A stretch of 64,000 nt of DNA from Escherichia coli (GTDB lineage Bacteria > Pseudomonadota > Gammaproteobacteria > Enterobacterales > Enterobacteriaceae), in the NCBI RefSeq assembly GCF_003334315.1, contig NZ_QOWR01000011.1, one strand, 5' to 3'. Positions 29,233-44,098 of the stretch are shown here, piece by piece. The first letter of the stretch is position 1. Each line of letters opens with the position of its first letter. The notes under the pieces were generated by a model that saw only the letters and a program-made list of their open reading frames with translations, ran no database searches and had not been told where the DNA came from. The position numbers and the translations under genes are program-made.

Positions 29233-30525
29233 ATGGATATCCCCGTTAATGCAGCAAAGCCGGGGCGTCGGCGTTATCTGACGCTGGTGATGATCTTTAT
29301 TACGGTGGTCATTTGTTATGTTGACCGCGCTAACCTGGCCGTGGCTTCCGCCCATATTCAGGAAGAGTTCGGCATTACGAAAGCGGAAATGGGCTATGTA
29401 TTTTCGGCCTTCGCCTGGCTTTATACGCTATGCCAGATCCCCGGCGGTTGGTTTTTAGATCGCGTAGGTTCTCGCGTGACTTATTTTATTGCGATATTTG
29501 GTTGGTCAGTGGCGACTTTATTCCAGGGCTTTGCCACGGGATTAATGTCATTAATTGGTCTGCGTGCGATAACCGGTATTTTCGAAGCGCCCGCTTTCCC
29601 GACCAATAACCGGATGGTGACCAGCTGGTTCCCGGAACATGAACGCGCTTCCGCCGTTGGTTTTTATACGTCTGGTCAGTTTGTCGGTCTGGCGTTTTTG
29701 ACTCCGCTGCTGATCTGGATTCAGGAGATGTTGAGCTGGCACTGGGTGTTCATTGTCACTGGTGGTATCGGCATTATCTGGTCGCTGATTTGGTTTAAGG
29801 TTTATCAGCCGCCGCGCCTGACCAAAGGTATCAGCAAAGCTGAACTGGATTACATTCGTGATGGCGGCGGTCTGGTGGATGGTGATGCGCCGGTGAAAAA
29901 AGAGGCACGTCAGCCGTTAACAGCCAAAGACTGGAAGCTGGTGTTCCATCGTAAACTGATCGGCGTTTATCTTGGGCAATTTGCGGTGGCTTCTACACTG
30001 TGGTTTTTCTTAACCTGGTTCCCGAACTATTTAACCCAGGAAAAAGGAATCACGGCGCTGAAAGCAGGCTTTATGACCACGGTGCCATTCCTCGCGGCGT
30101 TTGTCGGCGTCCTGCTCTCTGGCTGGGTCGCGGATCTGCTGGTACGTAAGGGCTTTTCACTGGGCTTTGCGCGTAAAACGCCGATTATCTGCGGCTTGCT
30201 GATCTCCACCTGCATTATGGGCGCTAACTACACTAACGATCCGATGATGATTATGTGCCTGATGGCGCTGGCATTCTTCGGTAACGGTTTTGCTTCGATT
30301 ACCTGGTCGCTGGTCTCTTCTCTGGCACCGATGCGCCTGATTGGTTTAACCGGCGGCGTGTTTAACTTCGCCGGTGGTCTGGGCGGCATCACCGTTCCGC
30401 TGGTGGTGGGGTACCTGGCGCAGGGTTACGGTTTCGCACCTGCACTGGTTTATATCTCCGCCGTCGCGTTGATTGGCGCGCTCTCTTACATCCTGCTGGT
30501 GGGCGATGTGAAGCGCGTTGGCTAA
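29233..30525 (+). CDS. dgoT: D-galactonate:H+ symporter (MFS, anion:cation symporter family)
   Basis: ORF track 29188..30525 trimmed to [16 protein letters not shown] (430 aa); 12-TM MFS. Confidence 0.9.
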
Positions 30526-31586
30526 TCTTTCAACTGTGGAATATGCGCCATACCACTGCGCATAATCCACTTTCTTAAAGCCGGTGCGGTCAGGCATCGG
30601 CTTTTTACTATCTTGCCGAAGAGTTTTAAACGCAGTTTGCGGGTGGCGCGCCAGTAAGCGGTATTGAGCTTCTCTGGCTGCTTCAGTAACACCGCACGCA
30701 GAATGTCTGCGCTATCCAGCGCATAGCTAATCCCCTCCAGCGAACTGGCGCTGATAAATCCTGCCGCTTCGCCAATCAGAAAGGCGTTGTCCTTACCGCA
30801 GACAAAATCCTGCCAGCGTGAGGGAAACAGCACCGTGCATTTTTCGCTTTTCACCGCCTTACCAAACTGGAACTGAAAGGCGCTCATTTTCTCTTTCAGC
30901 GTCGTGAAACGCGTCTGACCGTCTTTCATTGGATAAGCACCGCCAAAGATAAAATAACCGTCTTTGCTGATACTCCATGAATAACAGTTAGTTATCGAAT
31001 TATCAAAGATGCAGGAGTAGAACGGCACCGGATGTTTCTCCGCGAACCACTGCTGGATAGCGACATATTTACGGATTTGATGATCCGGGTAGAGATGTCG
31101 CCGCACCATCGAGTTTGCGCCATCGGCACCGACCAGATAGCGGGCGGTAATATGTTGCTCCCAGCCGTCTGCACGAAAAATGACATGCCATTTATCATCC
31201 TCACGCCAGATTTTTCGGCACAGGCTATCGTGATAAACCTCAACGCTGGTGGGGATCAGCGATTTCATCCACAAGTCGAAAGCATGGCGATTAATATTGA
31301 TATAGCTTCGCTGGTAGTTACGCGTGAGCGATGCGGCGACGTCGACAGTTTTGACGCTGAAAATCTGCGGGTTGGCGATCACATCGACAGGAAGCGTCAG
31401 TCCATCGCGAATAAAAGATCGCTGCGCGTCCGGTGCCAGCAGACCGCCGCAAGGTTTGCTGAAACCTTCAGTACCACACTGGTGCTTTTTATCCAGCGCG
31501 ATCACCTGCATTTTGCCTGCTAATTTTCGCGCCAACGCCGATCCTGCCGGGCCGATGCCAATAATCGCCACGTCGAAATGTTCCAT
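30522..31586 (-). CDS. cbrA: CreB-regulated FAD-dependent oxidoreductase (geranylgeranyl reductase-like)
   Basis: ORF track 30522..31607 trimmed to [22 protein letters not shown] (354 aa); Rossmann GxGxxG FAD-binding motif at the N-terminus. Confidence 0.85.
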
Positions 31587-31632
31587 CTTTTCACTCACAT
31601 TCATCACGATGGCAAAAGACTATTGTCTGAAA

Positions 31633-31648
31633 GTGAAGTCCTTGTGAA
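31633..31648 (-). promoter_or_regulatory. cre tag (CreB binding site) upstream of cbrA
   Basis: Minus-strand reading TTCAC-AAGGAC-TTCAC, a perfect direct repeat about 50 bp upstream of the cbrA start. Confidence 0.6.
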
Positions 31649-31650
31649 GT

Positions 31651-32901
31651 ATGATGGCGGGACCCGTTTTGTATCAGGACCGCGCCATGAAACAGATAAC
31701 CTTTGCTCCCCGTAATCACCTGCTCACCAATACCAATACCTGGACGCCCGACAGCCAGTGGCTGGTATTTGACGTGCGTCCTTCTGGCGCGTCGTTTACC
31801 GGAGAGAGCATTGAGCGTGTGAATATCCATACCGGCGAGGTCGAGGTTATCTATCGCGCGTCACAGGGCGCACACGTCGGCGTGGTGACCGTTCATCCGA
31901 AGTCAGAGAAGTATGTCTTCATCCACGGCCCGGAAAATCCTGATGAAACATGGCATTACGACTTCCATCATCGGCGCGGAGTGATTGTTGAAGGCGGCAA
32001 GATGAGTAACCTTGATGCGATGGATATTACCGCGCCGTATACGCCTGGAGCGCTGCGCGGCGGCAGCCATGTGCATGTCTTTAGCCCGAACGGTGAAAGG
32101 GTGAGCTTTACCTATAACGACCATGTAATGCATCAACTCGATCCGGCGCTGGATTTGCGAAACGTCGGTGTTGCTGCACCGTTTGGCCCGGTCAATGTAC
32201 AAAAGCAGCATCCGCGTGAGTACAGCGGTAGCCACTGGTGCGTGCTGGTGAGTAAAACCACGCCCACGCCGCAGCCAGGCAGTGATGAAATCAATCGTGC
32301 TTATGAAGAAGGATGGGTAGGAAATCACACGCTGGCGTTTATTGGCGACACACTTTCGCCAAAGGGCGAGAAAGTGCCGGAGCTGTTTATCGTTGAGTTA
32401 CCGCAAGATGAAGCTGGCTGGAAAGCGGCAGGTGATGCGCCGTTAAGTGGAACGGAAACCACCCTGCCCGCGCCACCGCGCGGCGTCGTGCAGCGACGTT
32501 TAACCTTTACCCACCATCGGGCTTATCCGGGGTTAGTCAACGTCCCGCGCCACTGGGTGCGCTGTAATCCGCAGGGTACGCAAATCGCGTTTTTAATGCG
32601 TGATGATAACGGCATTGTGCAACTATGGCTTATCTCGCCACAGGGCGGCGAGCCGCGCCAGTTAACCCATAACAAAACGGATATTCAGTCTGCATTTAAC
32701 TGGCATCCATCAGGAGAATGGTTGGGCTTTGTGCTGGATAATCGAATTGCTTGTGCCCATGCGCAAAGCGGCGAGGTTGAGTATTTAACCGAAAACCACG
32801 CCAATCCGCCTTCTGCGGATGCCGTGGTCTTCTCACCGGATGGTCAATGGCTGGCGTGGATGGAAGGTGGCCAGCTGTGGATCACCGAAACTGATCGCTA
32901 A
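31651..32901 (+). CDS. yidR: uncharacterised protein YidR
   Basis: 416-aa ORF in track; start uncertain (ATG at 31651/31654 or RBS-supported ATG at 31687). Confidence 0.7.
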   Translation: MMAGPVLYQDRAMKQITFAPRNHLLTNTNTWTPDSQWLVFDVRPSGASFTGESIERVNIHTGEVEVIYRASQGAHVGVVTVHPKSEKYVFIHGPENPDETWHYDFHHRRGVIVEGGKMSNLDAMDITAPYTPGALRGGSHVHVFSPNGERVSFTYNDHVMHQLDPALDLRNVGVAAPFGPVNVQKQHPREYSGSHWCVLVSKTTPTPQPGSDEINRAYEEGWVGNHTLAFIGDTLSPKGEKVPELFIVELPQDEAGWKAAGDAPLSGTETTLPAPPRGVVQRRLTFTHHRAYPGLVNVPRHWVRCNPQGTQIAFLMRDDNGIVQLWLISPQGGEPRQLTHNKTDIQSAFNWHPSGEWLGFVLDNRIACAHAQSGEVEYLTENHANPPSADAVVFSPDGQWLAWMEGGQLWITETDR

Positions 32902-32902
32902 A

Positions 32903-33235
32903 TCAGTTATCAGGCATTCTGGCCGGTGGAATAACCGCATTGGTGGCTTGCGCGTTGGCTTCGCTTTTTTCAACGCGTGAGCGCACCGAGCTGTCTTTGC
33001 GGAACACATCCCACGGCAGTAAAAGCGTGTCCATCACAGCGGTAAACGGCATATCGAGAATCGCCAGCGACTTAGTGCCCCAGTTGGTTTCATCGTCGCC
33101 AATCATGGTGGCGCTGGCGCGGGTGCCGGGATACGTTCCTTCTTTCCCCCCGGTATGGGACATCACGCTGGAGCATCCTCCGAGTAATGTCATTCCGCTG
33201 CATATCATGAACGCTAACAACACATTTCTTATCAT
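32903..33235 (-). CDS. yidQ: small lipoprotein (DUF1375 family)
   Basis: ORF track trimmed to MIRNVLLAFMICSGMTLLGGCSSV (110 aa); lipobox LGGC. Confidence 0.7.
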   Translation of the reverse strand: MIRNVLLAFMICSGMTLLGGCSSVMSHTGGKEGTYPGTRASATMIGDDETNWGTKSLAILDMPFTAVMDTLLLPWDVFRKDSSVRSRVEKSEANAQATNAVIPPARMPDN

Positions 33236-33409
33236 AATAAATTCATCTGTTGATCGTGGGTGTTGGCCTGATGAGTTATAGCGATCCCTTGCTGAAAATA
33301 ACATCATCATTACGTCGCTCTGTGGCGGCAATCGCACTTTAACGTTTCGTGCTGCCCCCTCAGTCTATGCAATAGACCATAAACTGCAAAAAAAAGTCCG
33401 CTGATAAGG

Positions 33410-33438
33410 CTTGAAAAGTTCATTTCCAGACCCATTTT
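33410..33438 (+). promoter_or_regulatory. sigma-32 heat-shock promoter of ibpAB
   Basis: -35 CTTGAAA and -10 CCCATTTT separated by 14 bp, matching the sigma-32 consensus CTTGAAA-N13-14-CCCCATnT. Confidence 0.7.
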
Positions 33439-33446
33439 TACATCGT

Positions 33447-33540
33447 AGCCGATGAGGACGCGCCTGATGGGTGTTCTGGCTACCTGACCTGTCCATTGTG
33501 GAAGGTCTTACATTCTCGCTGATTTCAGGAGCTATTGATT
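33447..33540 (+). promoter_or_regulatory. ibpA 5' UTR (about 95 nt; candidate ROSE-like RNA thermometer)
   Basis: Long structured leader between the sigma-32 promoter and the ibpA RBS; thermometer function is established knowledge, the fold was not computed. Confidence 0.45.
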
Positions 33541-33954
33541 ATGCGTAACTTTGATTTATCCCCGCTTTACCGTTCTGCTATTGGATTTGACCGTTTGTTT
33601 AACCACTTAGAAAACAACCAGAGCCAGAGTAATGGCGGCTACCCTCCGTATAACGTTGAACTGGTAGACGAAAACCATTACCGCATTGCTATCGCTGTGG
33701 CTGGTTTTGCTGAGAGCGAACTGGAAATTACCGCCCAGGATAATCTGCTGGTGGTGAAAGGTGCTCACGCCGACGAACAAAAAGAGCGCACCTATCTGTA
33801 CCAGGGCATCGCTGAACGCAACTTTGAACGCAAATTCCAGTTAGCTGAGAACATTCATGTTCGTGGGGCTAACCTGGTAAATGGTTTGCTGTATATCGAT
33901 CTCGAACGCGTGATTCCGGAAGCGAAAAAACCGCGCCGTATCGAAATCAACTAA
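33541..33954 (+). CDS. ibpA: small heat shock protein IbpA (alpha-crystallin family)
   Basis: 137-aa ORF starting [21 protein letters not shown]; alpha-crystallin domain. Confidence 0.95.
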
Positions 33955-34065
33955 TTCCCTAAGGCCGCCTGGCGCGGCCTGACATCTCCATGCTCGCCGT
34001 CAGGGAGCATATGCGAATCTTCGGATTTGCAGGTACTTACTCGCTTCTTAGAAGGAGAAATGACT

Positions 34066-34494
34066 ATGCGTAACTTCGATTTATCCCCACTGATGCGTCA
34101 ATGGATCGGTTTTGACAAACTGGCCAACGCACTGCAAAACGCCGGTGAAAGCCAGAGCTTCCCGCCGTACAACATTGAGAAAAGCGACGATAACCACTAC
34201 CGCATTACCCTTGCGCTGGCAGGTTTCCGTCAGGAAGATTTAGAGATTCAACTGGAAGGTACGCGCCTGAGCGTAAAAGGCACGCCGGAGCAGCCAAAAG
34301 AAGAGAAAAAATGGCTGCATCAAGGGCTTATGAATCAGCCATTTAGCCTGAGCTTTACGCTGGCTGAAAATATGGAAGTCTCTGGCGCAACCTTCGTAAA
34401 CGGTTTACTGCATATTGATTTAATTCGTAATGAGCCTGAACCCATCGCAGCGCAGCGTATCGCTATCAGCGAACGTCCCGCGTTAAATAGCTAA
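34066..34494 (+). CDS. ibpB: small heat shock protein IbpB
   Basis: 142-aa paralogue of ibpA starting [21 protein letters not shown]. Confidence 0.95.
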
Positions 34495-34509
34495 CTAGCT
34501 ATTCTCTTT

Positions 34510-34537
34510 GCCCCGCCATTCTGGTGGGGCTTTTTTT
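34510..34537 (+). terminator. rho-independent terminator after ibpB
   Basis: GCCCCGCCA...TGGTGGGGC stem followed by TTTTTTT. Confidence 0.75.
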
Positions 34538-34689
34538 GTCTTACTTACTCAACAATGCGTTAAATTTCGACTGTTTAAGATATTTCGGCACGTTCTTTCC
34601 CGTGATAATGTGCGCTATAAGGCAAATCTGCTTCACCGATTCAGCCATAATCCGTAGCAATTAAAATGTTATCTCAAGAGAAATGGACG

Positions 34690-36351
34690 ATGAGTGATAT
34701 AGCATTAACGGTCAGTATTCTGGCTTTGGTGGCAGTCGTCGGTTTGTTTATCGGCAACGTCAAATTTCGCGGCATAGGATTAGGTATTGGCGGCGTGCTG
34801 TTTGGTGGGATCATCGTCGGCCATTTTGTTTCTCAGGCGGGGATGACATTAAGTAGCGATATGCTGCATGTTATTCAGGAATTTGGCCTGATCCTGTTCG
34901 TTTATACCATCGGGATTCAGGTAGGGCCGGGCTTCTTTGCCTCATTGCGCGTCTCCGGATTACGCCTCAACCTGTTTGCTGTTCTGATCGTCATCATCGG
35001 TGGTCTGGTTACCGCCATCCTGCATAAACTGTTTGATATTCCACTGCCGGTAGTGCTGGGGATTTTCTCCGGTGCGGTTACCAATACGCCAGCGCTGGGG
35101 GCAGGGCAGCAGATTTTGCGCGACCTGGGTACACCAATGGAAATGGTCGATCAGATGGGGATGAGTTACGCGATGGCGTATCCATTCGGCATTTGCGGGA
35201 TTTTGTTCACCATGTGGATGTTGCGGGTTATTTTCCGCGTCAATGTCGAGACAGAAGCTCAGCAGCACGAGTCTTCACGCACCAATGGCGGCGCGCTGAT
35301 CAAGACTATCAATATTCGCGTTGAGAACCCTAACCTGCATGATTTAGCCATTAAAGATGTACCGATTCTCAACGGCGACAAAATTATCTGCTCGCGTCTG
35401 AAACGCGAAGAAACCCTAAAAGTTCCTTCGCCAGATACCATTATCCAACTGGGCGATTTGCTGCATCTGGTGGGTCAGCCAGCGGATTTACATAATGCGC
35501 AACTGGTGATTGGTCAGGAGGTCGATACCTCGCTGTCTACGAAAGGCACTGATTTGCGCGTCGAGCGTGTGGTGGTCACCAATGAAAACGTGCTCGGAAA
35601 ACGTATTCGCGACCTGCACTTTAAAGAACGCTATGACGTTGTTATCTCGCGCCTGAACCGTGCCGGGGTCGAACTGGTCGCCAGTGGCGATATCAGCCTG
35701 CAGTTCGGCGATATCCTCAATCTGGTGGGGCGTCCGTCCGCAATTGATGCCGTTGCCAATGTGCTGGGGAATGCGCAGCAAAAACTGCAACAGGTTCAGA
35801 TGCTGCCAGTGTTTATTGGCATCGGGCTTGGCGTATTGTTAGGTTCTATTCCCGTCTTTGTGCCTGGGTTCCCGGCCGCGTTGAAACTGGGGCTGGCGGG
35901 CGGTCCGCTGATTATGGCGTTGATCCTCGGGCGTATCGGCAGTATCGGCAAGCTGTACTGGTTTATGCCGCCAAGCGCCAACCTCGCGCTGCGGGAACTG
36001 GGGATCGTGCTGTTCCTCTCGGTCGTTGGTCTGAAATCTGGTGGGGATTTTGTGAATACCCTGGTCAATGGCGAAGGGCTAAGCTGGATTGGTTATGGTG
36101 CCCTGATCACCGCCGTTCCGCTGATTACTGTTGGCATTCTGGCGCGGATGTTAGCCAAAATGAATTACCTGACCATGTGCGGGATGCTGGCAGGTTCCAT
36201 GACCGATCCTCCGGCGCTGGCGTTTGCTAATAATCTTCATCCAACCAGTGGTGCGGCGGCGCTCTCTTACGCCACTGTCTATCCGTTAGTGATGTTTCTG
36301 CGAATTATCACCCCCCAATTACTGGCGGTGCTCTTCTGGAGTATCGGTTAA
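34690..36351 (+). CDS. yidE: putative transporter of the aspartate:alanine exchanger (AAE) family with two TrkA-C domains
   Basis: ORF track trimmed to [22 protein letters not shown] (553 aa); two membrane domains flanking cytoplasmic TrkA-C repeats. Confidence 0.85.
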
Positions 36352-37064
36352 CTCTTTTCCGGGTGGAGTCGCCGTAAATGGTACTCCACCTGGTATTCGC
36401 TGGCATTTCTGAACATCACTGAATAATTCAAAAACTCCCCGCTCTCGCTATATGACAACGAGGTGATCCGCAGCAGTGGCGTGTGTTCCGCTACCTTCAT
36501 TTGCCGCGCCAGCAGTCTATCGGCGAGCACTGGCGTCAGGCTTTCATAATTACCGCCAATCAAAATCCCGCACTCTTGTTCAATATATTCAAACTTCGAC
36601 CCTTCCAGATGTTGCAGCGAAAGATTACGGAACAGTTTTACCGGCATATAGCTGTCTTCCAGCATCAGCGGTTTCCCTTCCACAAAACGAACGCGACGGG
36701 AGAAGTAGATCTGCTCGTTGATTTGAATCCGTAACTGGCTGGCAATGGCCGGAGGCGCAGGCATGATTTCAAAAATCAGCACCTGGCTGGTGACCGTTTT
36801 TCCCTGCCGTTTTAACACCTCCACCAGTCCGGTCAGGCTGGCGGTTTGATGCAGCACATCTTTGCGCACCAGGTAAGTGCCGCTGCCGTGGCGGCGGACC
36901 ACCAGCCCCCACGCTACCAGCAGGTCAATCGCTTTACGGATGGTCATCCGGGATACTGCAAATTCTTCCGCCAACTTTTTTTCACCGGGAAGAAGGCTGT
37001 TTAGCGTGAAATCTGCGGAATTAAGTCGAATTCTTAACCGCTCCGCAATGCTTTTGTAGATCAT
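36348..37064 (-). CDS. yidP: GntR/HutC-family transcriptional regulator
   Basis: ORF track trimmed to [19 protein letters not shown] (238 aa); HTH motif [23 protein letters not shown] effector domain. Confidence 0.8.
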
Positions 37065-37359
37065 CTCTAGATCTCTTTTTTGCCTGCAAGCCCGGGTAAT
37101 GCGCCCACAAGTTCTGCTTAATCGATTGAAAAAACATCTTTTTTTTAAAGATGTGTTCGATGCTGTGTACCAGTGCTCACAGATGTCTACTTTTTCGCGA
37201 AAACGTAGATCTCTACCGCCCAACGAAAAGCATGAAAGCGATCACGAATCCCATTGGGTCGTCATGTTCTGTCGATCGCATCTTCCTATCCTCGCTCCAG
37301 GCCTGCCGCATAACCAATCAGGCTTCCTACTTACAGAATTGAGAAAAGAGGATGTGGAA

Positions 37360-40680
<3,321 letters not shown>

Positions 40681-40846
40681 TTTAATATCCCTCCGGCGAA
40701 TTATGCTCACAACCTGAACTTAACAGAAAACAATCCGTTCAGGGATACGACGTTTGTATTTTAAGAATCTGACTGCCTGACCCGACGCATTTTACCTCTC
40801 CCTATATTCATGCGTCCGGGACATAAACATAAATAAGGGCTATGAG

Positions 40847-42562
40847 ATGAATTCGTTACAAATCTTGAGTTTTGTCGGTTTTACGCTGCTGGTGGCGGTG
40901 ATCACCTGGTGGAAGGTCCGCAAAACAGATACCGGATCGCAACAAGGCTATTTTCTTGCCGGACGTTCACTAAAAGCGCCGGTTATTGCCGCTTCGTTAA
41001 TGCTAACCAACCTTTCCACGGAACAACTGGTCGGCCTTTCCGGGCAGGCCTACAAAAGCGGCATGTCGGTGATGGGCTGGGAAGTGACTTCAGCGGTGAC
41101 GCTGATCTTCCTCGCGCTAATCTTTTTACCGCGCTATCTGAAGCGCGGCATTGCCACCATCCCCGATTTTCTGGAGGAACGTTATGATAAAACGACGCGT
41201 ATTATCATCGACTTCTGCTTCCTAATTGCCACCGGCGTCTGCTTTCTGCCGATTGTTCTCTACTCCGGCGCGTTGGCGCTCAACAGCCTGTTTCACGTCG
41301 GGGAATCGCTACAGATTTCTCACGGTGCGGCTATCTGGCTACTGGTAATTTTGCTTGGTCTGGCGGGAATTTTGTATGCGGTGATCGGCGGACTGCGCGC
41401 AATGGCAGTGGCGGACTCCATCAACGGTATTGGGCTGGTTATCGGCGGGTTGATGGTGCCGGTATTTGGCCTGATCGCGATGGGCAAGGGCAGCTTTATG
41501 CAGGGCATTGAGCAACTCACCACCGTTCACGCCGAGAAATTAAACTCAATCGGTGGCCCGACCGTTCCCTTGCCGATTGGCGCGGCATTTACCGGTTTGA
41601 TTCTGGTGAACACCTTTTACTGGTGTACAAATCAGGGCATCGTGCAACGCACGCTGGCGTCAAAAAGCCTGGCGGAAGGGCAAAAGGGGGCGCTGTTAAC
41701 GGCGGTGCTGAAAATGCTCGACCCGCTGGTACTGGTGCTGCCAGGGTTGATTGCGTTTCATCTGTATCAGGATTTACCGAAAGCCGACATGGCCTACCCG
41801 ACGCTGGTCAATAACGTTCTGCCAGTGCCAATGGTGGGTTTCTTCGGCGCGGTGTTATTTGGTGCGGTGATCAGTACCTTCAACGGCTTTCTGAATAGCG
41901 CCAGTACGTTATTCAGTATGGGTATTTACCGTCGCATCATTAACCAGAATGCCGAGCCGCAGCAGCTGGTCACCGTCGGGCGCAAATTTGGTTTCTTTAT
42001 CGCTATCGTTTCGGTGCTGGTCGCGCCGTGGATCGCCAACGCGCCGCAGGGGCTGTATAGCTGGATGAAACAGCTCAACGGCATTTACAACGTGCCGCTG
42101 GTTACCATCATCATTATGGGCTTTTTCTTCCCGCGCATCCCGGCGCTGGCGGCAAAAGTAGCGATGGGGATTGGCATAATCAGCTACATCACCATCAACT
42201 ACCTGGTGAAGTTCGACTTCCATTTCCTCTATGTGCTGGCCTGTACGTTCTGCATCAACGTGGTCGTGATGCTGGTGATCGGTTTTATCAAACCGCGCGC
42301 CACGCCGTTCACCTTCAAAGATGCGTTTGCGGTGGACATGAAACCGTGGAAAAACGTCAAGATCGCGTCAATTGGCATCCTGTTCGCGATGATTGGCGTC
42401 TATGCCGGGCTGGCTGAATTCGGCGGCTACGGTACGCGCTGGTTAGCGATGATCAGTTATTTCATTGCCGCCGTAGTGATTGTCTACCTGATTTTTGACA
42501 GCTGGCGGCATCGTCACGACCCAGCCGTAACCTTTACTCCCGACGGGAAGGATAGCCTATGA
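40847..42562 (+). CDS. yidK: sodium:solute symporter (SSS family) transporter
   Basis: 571-aa polytopic ORF; SSS family signature; start of yidJ overlaps its stop. Confidence 0.85.
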   Translation: MNSLQILSFVGFTLLVAVITWWKVRKTDTGSQQGYFLAGRSLKAPVIAASLMLTNLSTEQLVGLSGQAYKSGMSVMGWEVTSAVTLIFLALIFLPRYLKRGIATIPDFLEERYDKTTRIIIDFCFLIATGVCFLPIVLYSGALALNSLFHVGESLQISHGAAIWLLVILLGLAGILYAVIGGLRAMAVADSINGIGLVIGGLMVPVFGLIAMGKGSFMQGIEQLTTVHAEKLNSIGGPTVPLPIGAAFTGLILVNTFYWCTNQGIVQRTLASKSLAEGQKGALLTAVLKMLDPLVLVLPGLIAFHLYQDLPKADMAYPTLVNNVLPVPMVGFFGAVLFGAVISTFNGFLNSASTLFSMGIYRRIINQNAEPQQLVTVGRKFGFFIAIVSVLVAPWIANAPQGLYSWMKQLNGIYNVPLVTIIIMGFFFPRIPALAAKVAMGIGIISYITINYLVKFDFHFLYVLACTFCINVVVMLVIGFIKPRATPFTFKDAFAVDMKPWKNVKIASIGILFAMIGVYAGLAEFGGYGTRWLAMISYFIAAVVIVYLIFDSWRHRHDPAVTFTPDGKDSL

Positions 42563-44052
42563 AACGCCCCAATTTTCTGTTCGTCATGACCGATACCCAG
42601 GCCACCAATATGGTCGGTTGCTATAGCGGTAAACCGCTGAATACGCAAAATATTGATAGTCTGGCGGCGGAAGGTATTCGCTTTAATTCCGCCTACACCT
42701 GTTCACCGGTTTGTACGCCTGCACGGGCCGGACTATTTACCGGTATCTACGCTAACCAGTCCGGCCCGTGGACCAACAACGTCGCGCCAGGCAAAAACAT
42801 CTCCACTATGGGGCGCTACTTTAAGGATGCCGGCTATCACACCTGTTACATCGGCAAATGGCATCTCGACGGTCATGACTATTTCGGCACTGGCGAGTGT
42901 CCGCCGGAGTGGGACGCTGATTACTGGTTCGATGGGGCGAACTATCTTAGCGAACTGACGGAAAAAGAGATTAGCCTGTGGCGCAATGGCCTAAACAGCG
43001 TCGAAGATTTACAGGCGAACCATATCGACGAAACCTTCACCTGGGCGCATCGTATCAGCAATCGGGCGGTGGATTTTCTGCAACAGCCTGCGCGCGCAGA
43101 CGAGCCTTTCCTGATGGTGGTTTCGTATGATGAGCCGCATCACCCGTTCACCTGTCCGGTGGAGTATTTAGAGAAATACGCTGATTTTTACTACGAGCTG
43201 GGCGAGAAAGCACAGGATGACCTGGCTAACAAACCGGAACATCACCGCTTATGGGCGCAGGCGATGCCATCGCCAGTCGGTGATGACGGGCTTTATCACC
43301 ATCCGCTCTATTTTGCCTGTAATGACTTTGTTGATGACCAAATCGGACGGGTCATCAATGCCTTAACGCCAGAGCAACGTGAAAATACGTGGGTTATTTA
43401 TACCTCCGATCACGGCGAAATGATGGGCGCACATAAGCTGATCAGTAAAGGGGCGGCGATGTATGACGACATCACCCGCATTCCGCTGATCATCCGTTCG
43501 CCGCAAGGGGAGCGGCGACAGGTCGATACGCCAGTCAGTCATATCGATTTACTGCCGACAATGATGGCGCTGGCAGATATTGAAAAACCAGAGATTCTGC
43601 CGGGGGAAAATATCCTTGCCGTGAAAGAGCCACGCGGCGTGATGGTGGAATTTAACCGCTACGAGATTGAGCATGACAGCTTTGGCGGTTTTATTCCGGT
43701 GCGTTGCTGGGTGACGGATGACTTTAAACTGGTACTCAACCTCTTCACCAGTGATGAACTTTACGATCGCCGTAATGACCCAAATGAAATGCATAACCTG
43801 ATCGATGATATCCGTTTTGCAGACGTTCGCAGCAAAATGCATGACGCCTTATTGGATTACATGGACAAAATTCGCGATCCGTTCCGCAGTTACCAATGGA
43901 GTCTGCGTCCGTGGCGTAAAGATGCACGGCCGCGCTGGATGGGGGCGTTTCGTCCACGTCCACAAGATGGCTATTCGCCAGTTGTACGCGACTATGACAC
44001 CGGCCTACCGACACAAGGGGTGAAGGTGGAGGAGAAAAAACAGAAGTTCTGA
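42559..44052 (+). CDS. yidJ: sulfatase (Cys-type, formylglycine-dependent family)
   Basis: 497-aa ORF; sulfatase active-site motif CSPVCTPARAGLFTG near the N-terminus. Confidence 0.88.
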   Translation: MKRPNFLFVMTDTQATNMVGCYSGKPLNTQNIDSLAAEGIRFNSAYTCSPVCTPARAGLFTGIYANQSGPWTNNVAPGKNISTMGRYFKDAGYHTCYIGKWHLDGHDYFGTGECPPEWDADYWFDGANYLSELTEKEISLWRNGLNSVEDLQANHIDETFTWAHRISNRAVDFLQQPARADEPFLMVVSYDEPHHPFTCPVEYLEKYADFYYELGEKAQDDLANKPEHHRLWAQAMPSPVGDDGLYHHPLYFACNDFVDDQIGRVINALTPEQRENTWVIYTSDHGEMMGAHKLISKGAAMYDDITRIPLIIRSPQGERRQVDTPVSHIDLLPTMMALADIEKPEILPGENILAVKEPRGVMVEFNRYEIEHDSFGGFIPVRCWVTDDFKLVLNLFTSDELYDRRNDPNEMHNLIDDIRFADVRSKMHDALLDYMDKIRDPFRSYQWSLRPWRKDARPRWMGAFRPRPQDGYSPVVRDYDTGLPTQGVKVEEKKQKF

Positions 44053-44098
44053 CGATAATGTCCGCTGATGATCACCCGGCGGGCATTATTCAGGCTGC

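Noticed and set aside
33955-34065. Sigma-54 promoter for ibpB in the ibpA-ibpB spacer
   Set aside because: I could not find a convincing GG-N10-GC (TGGCAC-N5-TTGCA) match by eye; left unannotated.
37099-37359. 87-codon in-frame N-terminal extension of the glvC ORF (also similar extensions on the yidP, nepI, yidX, adeQ and dgoT track ORFs)
   Set aside because: Extensions cross divergent promoter regions or REP elements and lack RBS support; internal ATG starts with Shine-Dalgarno sequences give the expected protein N-termini.
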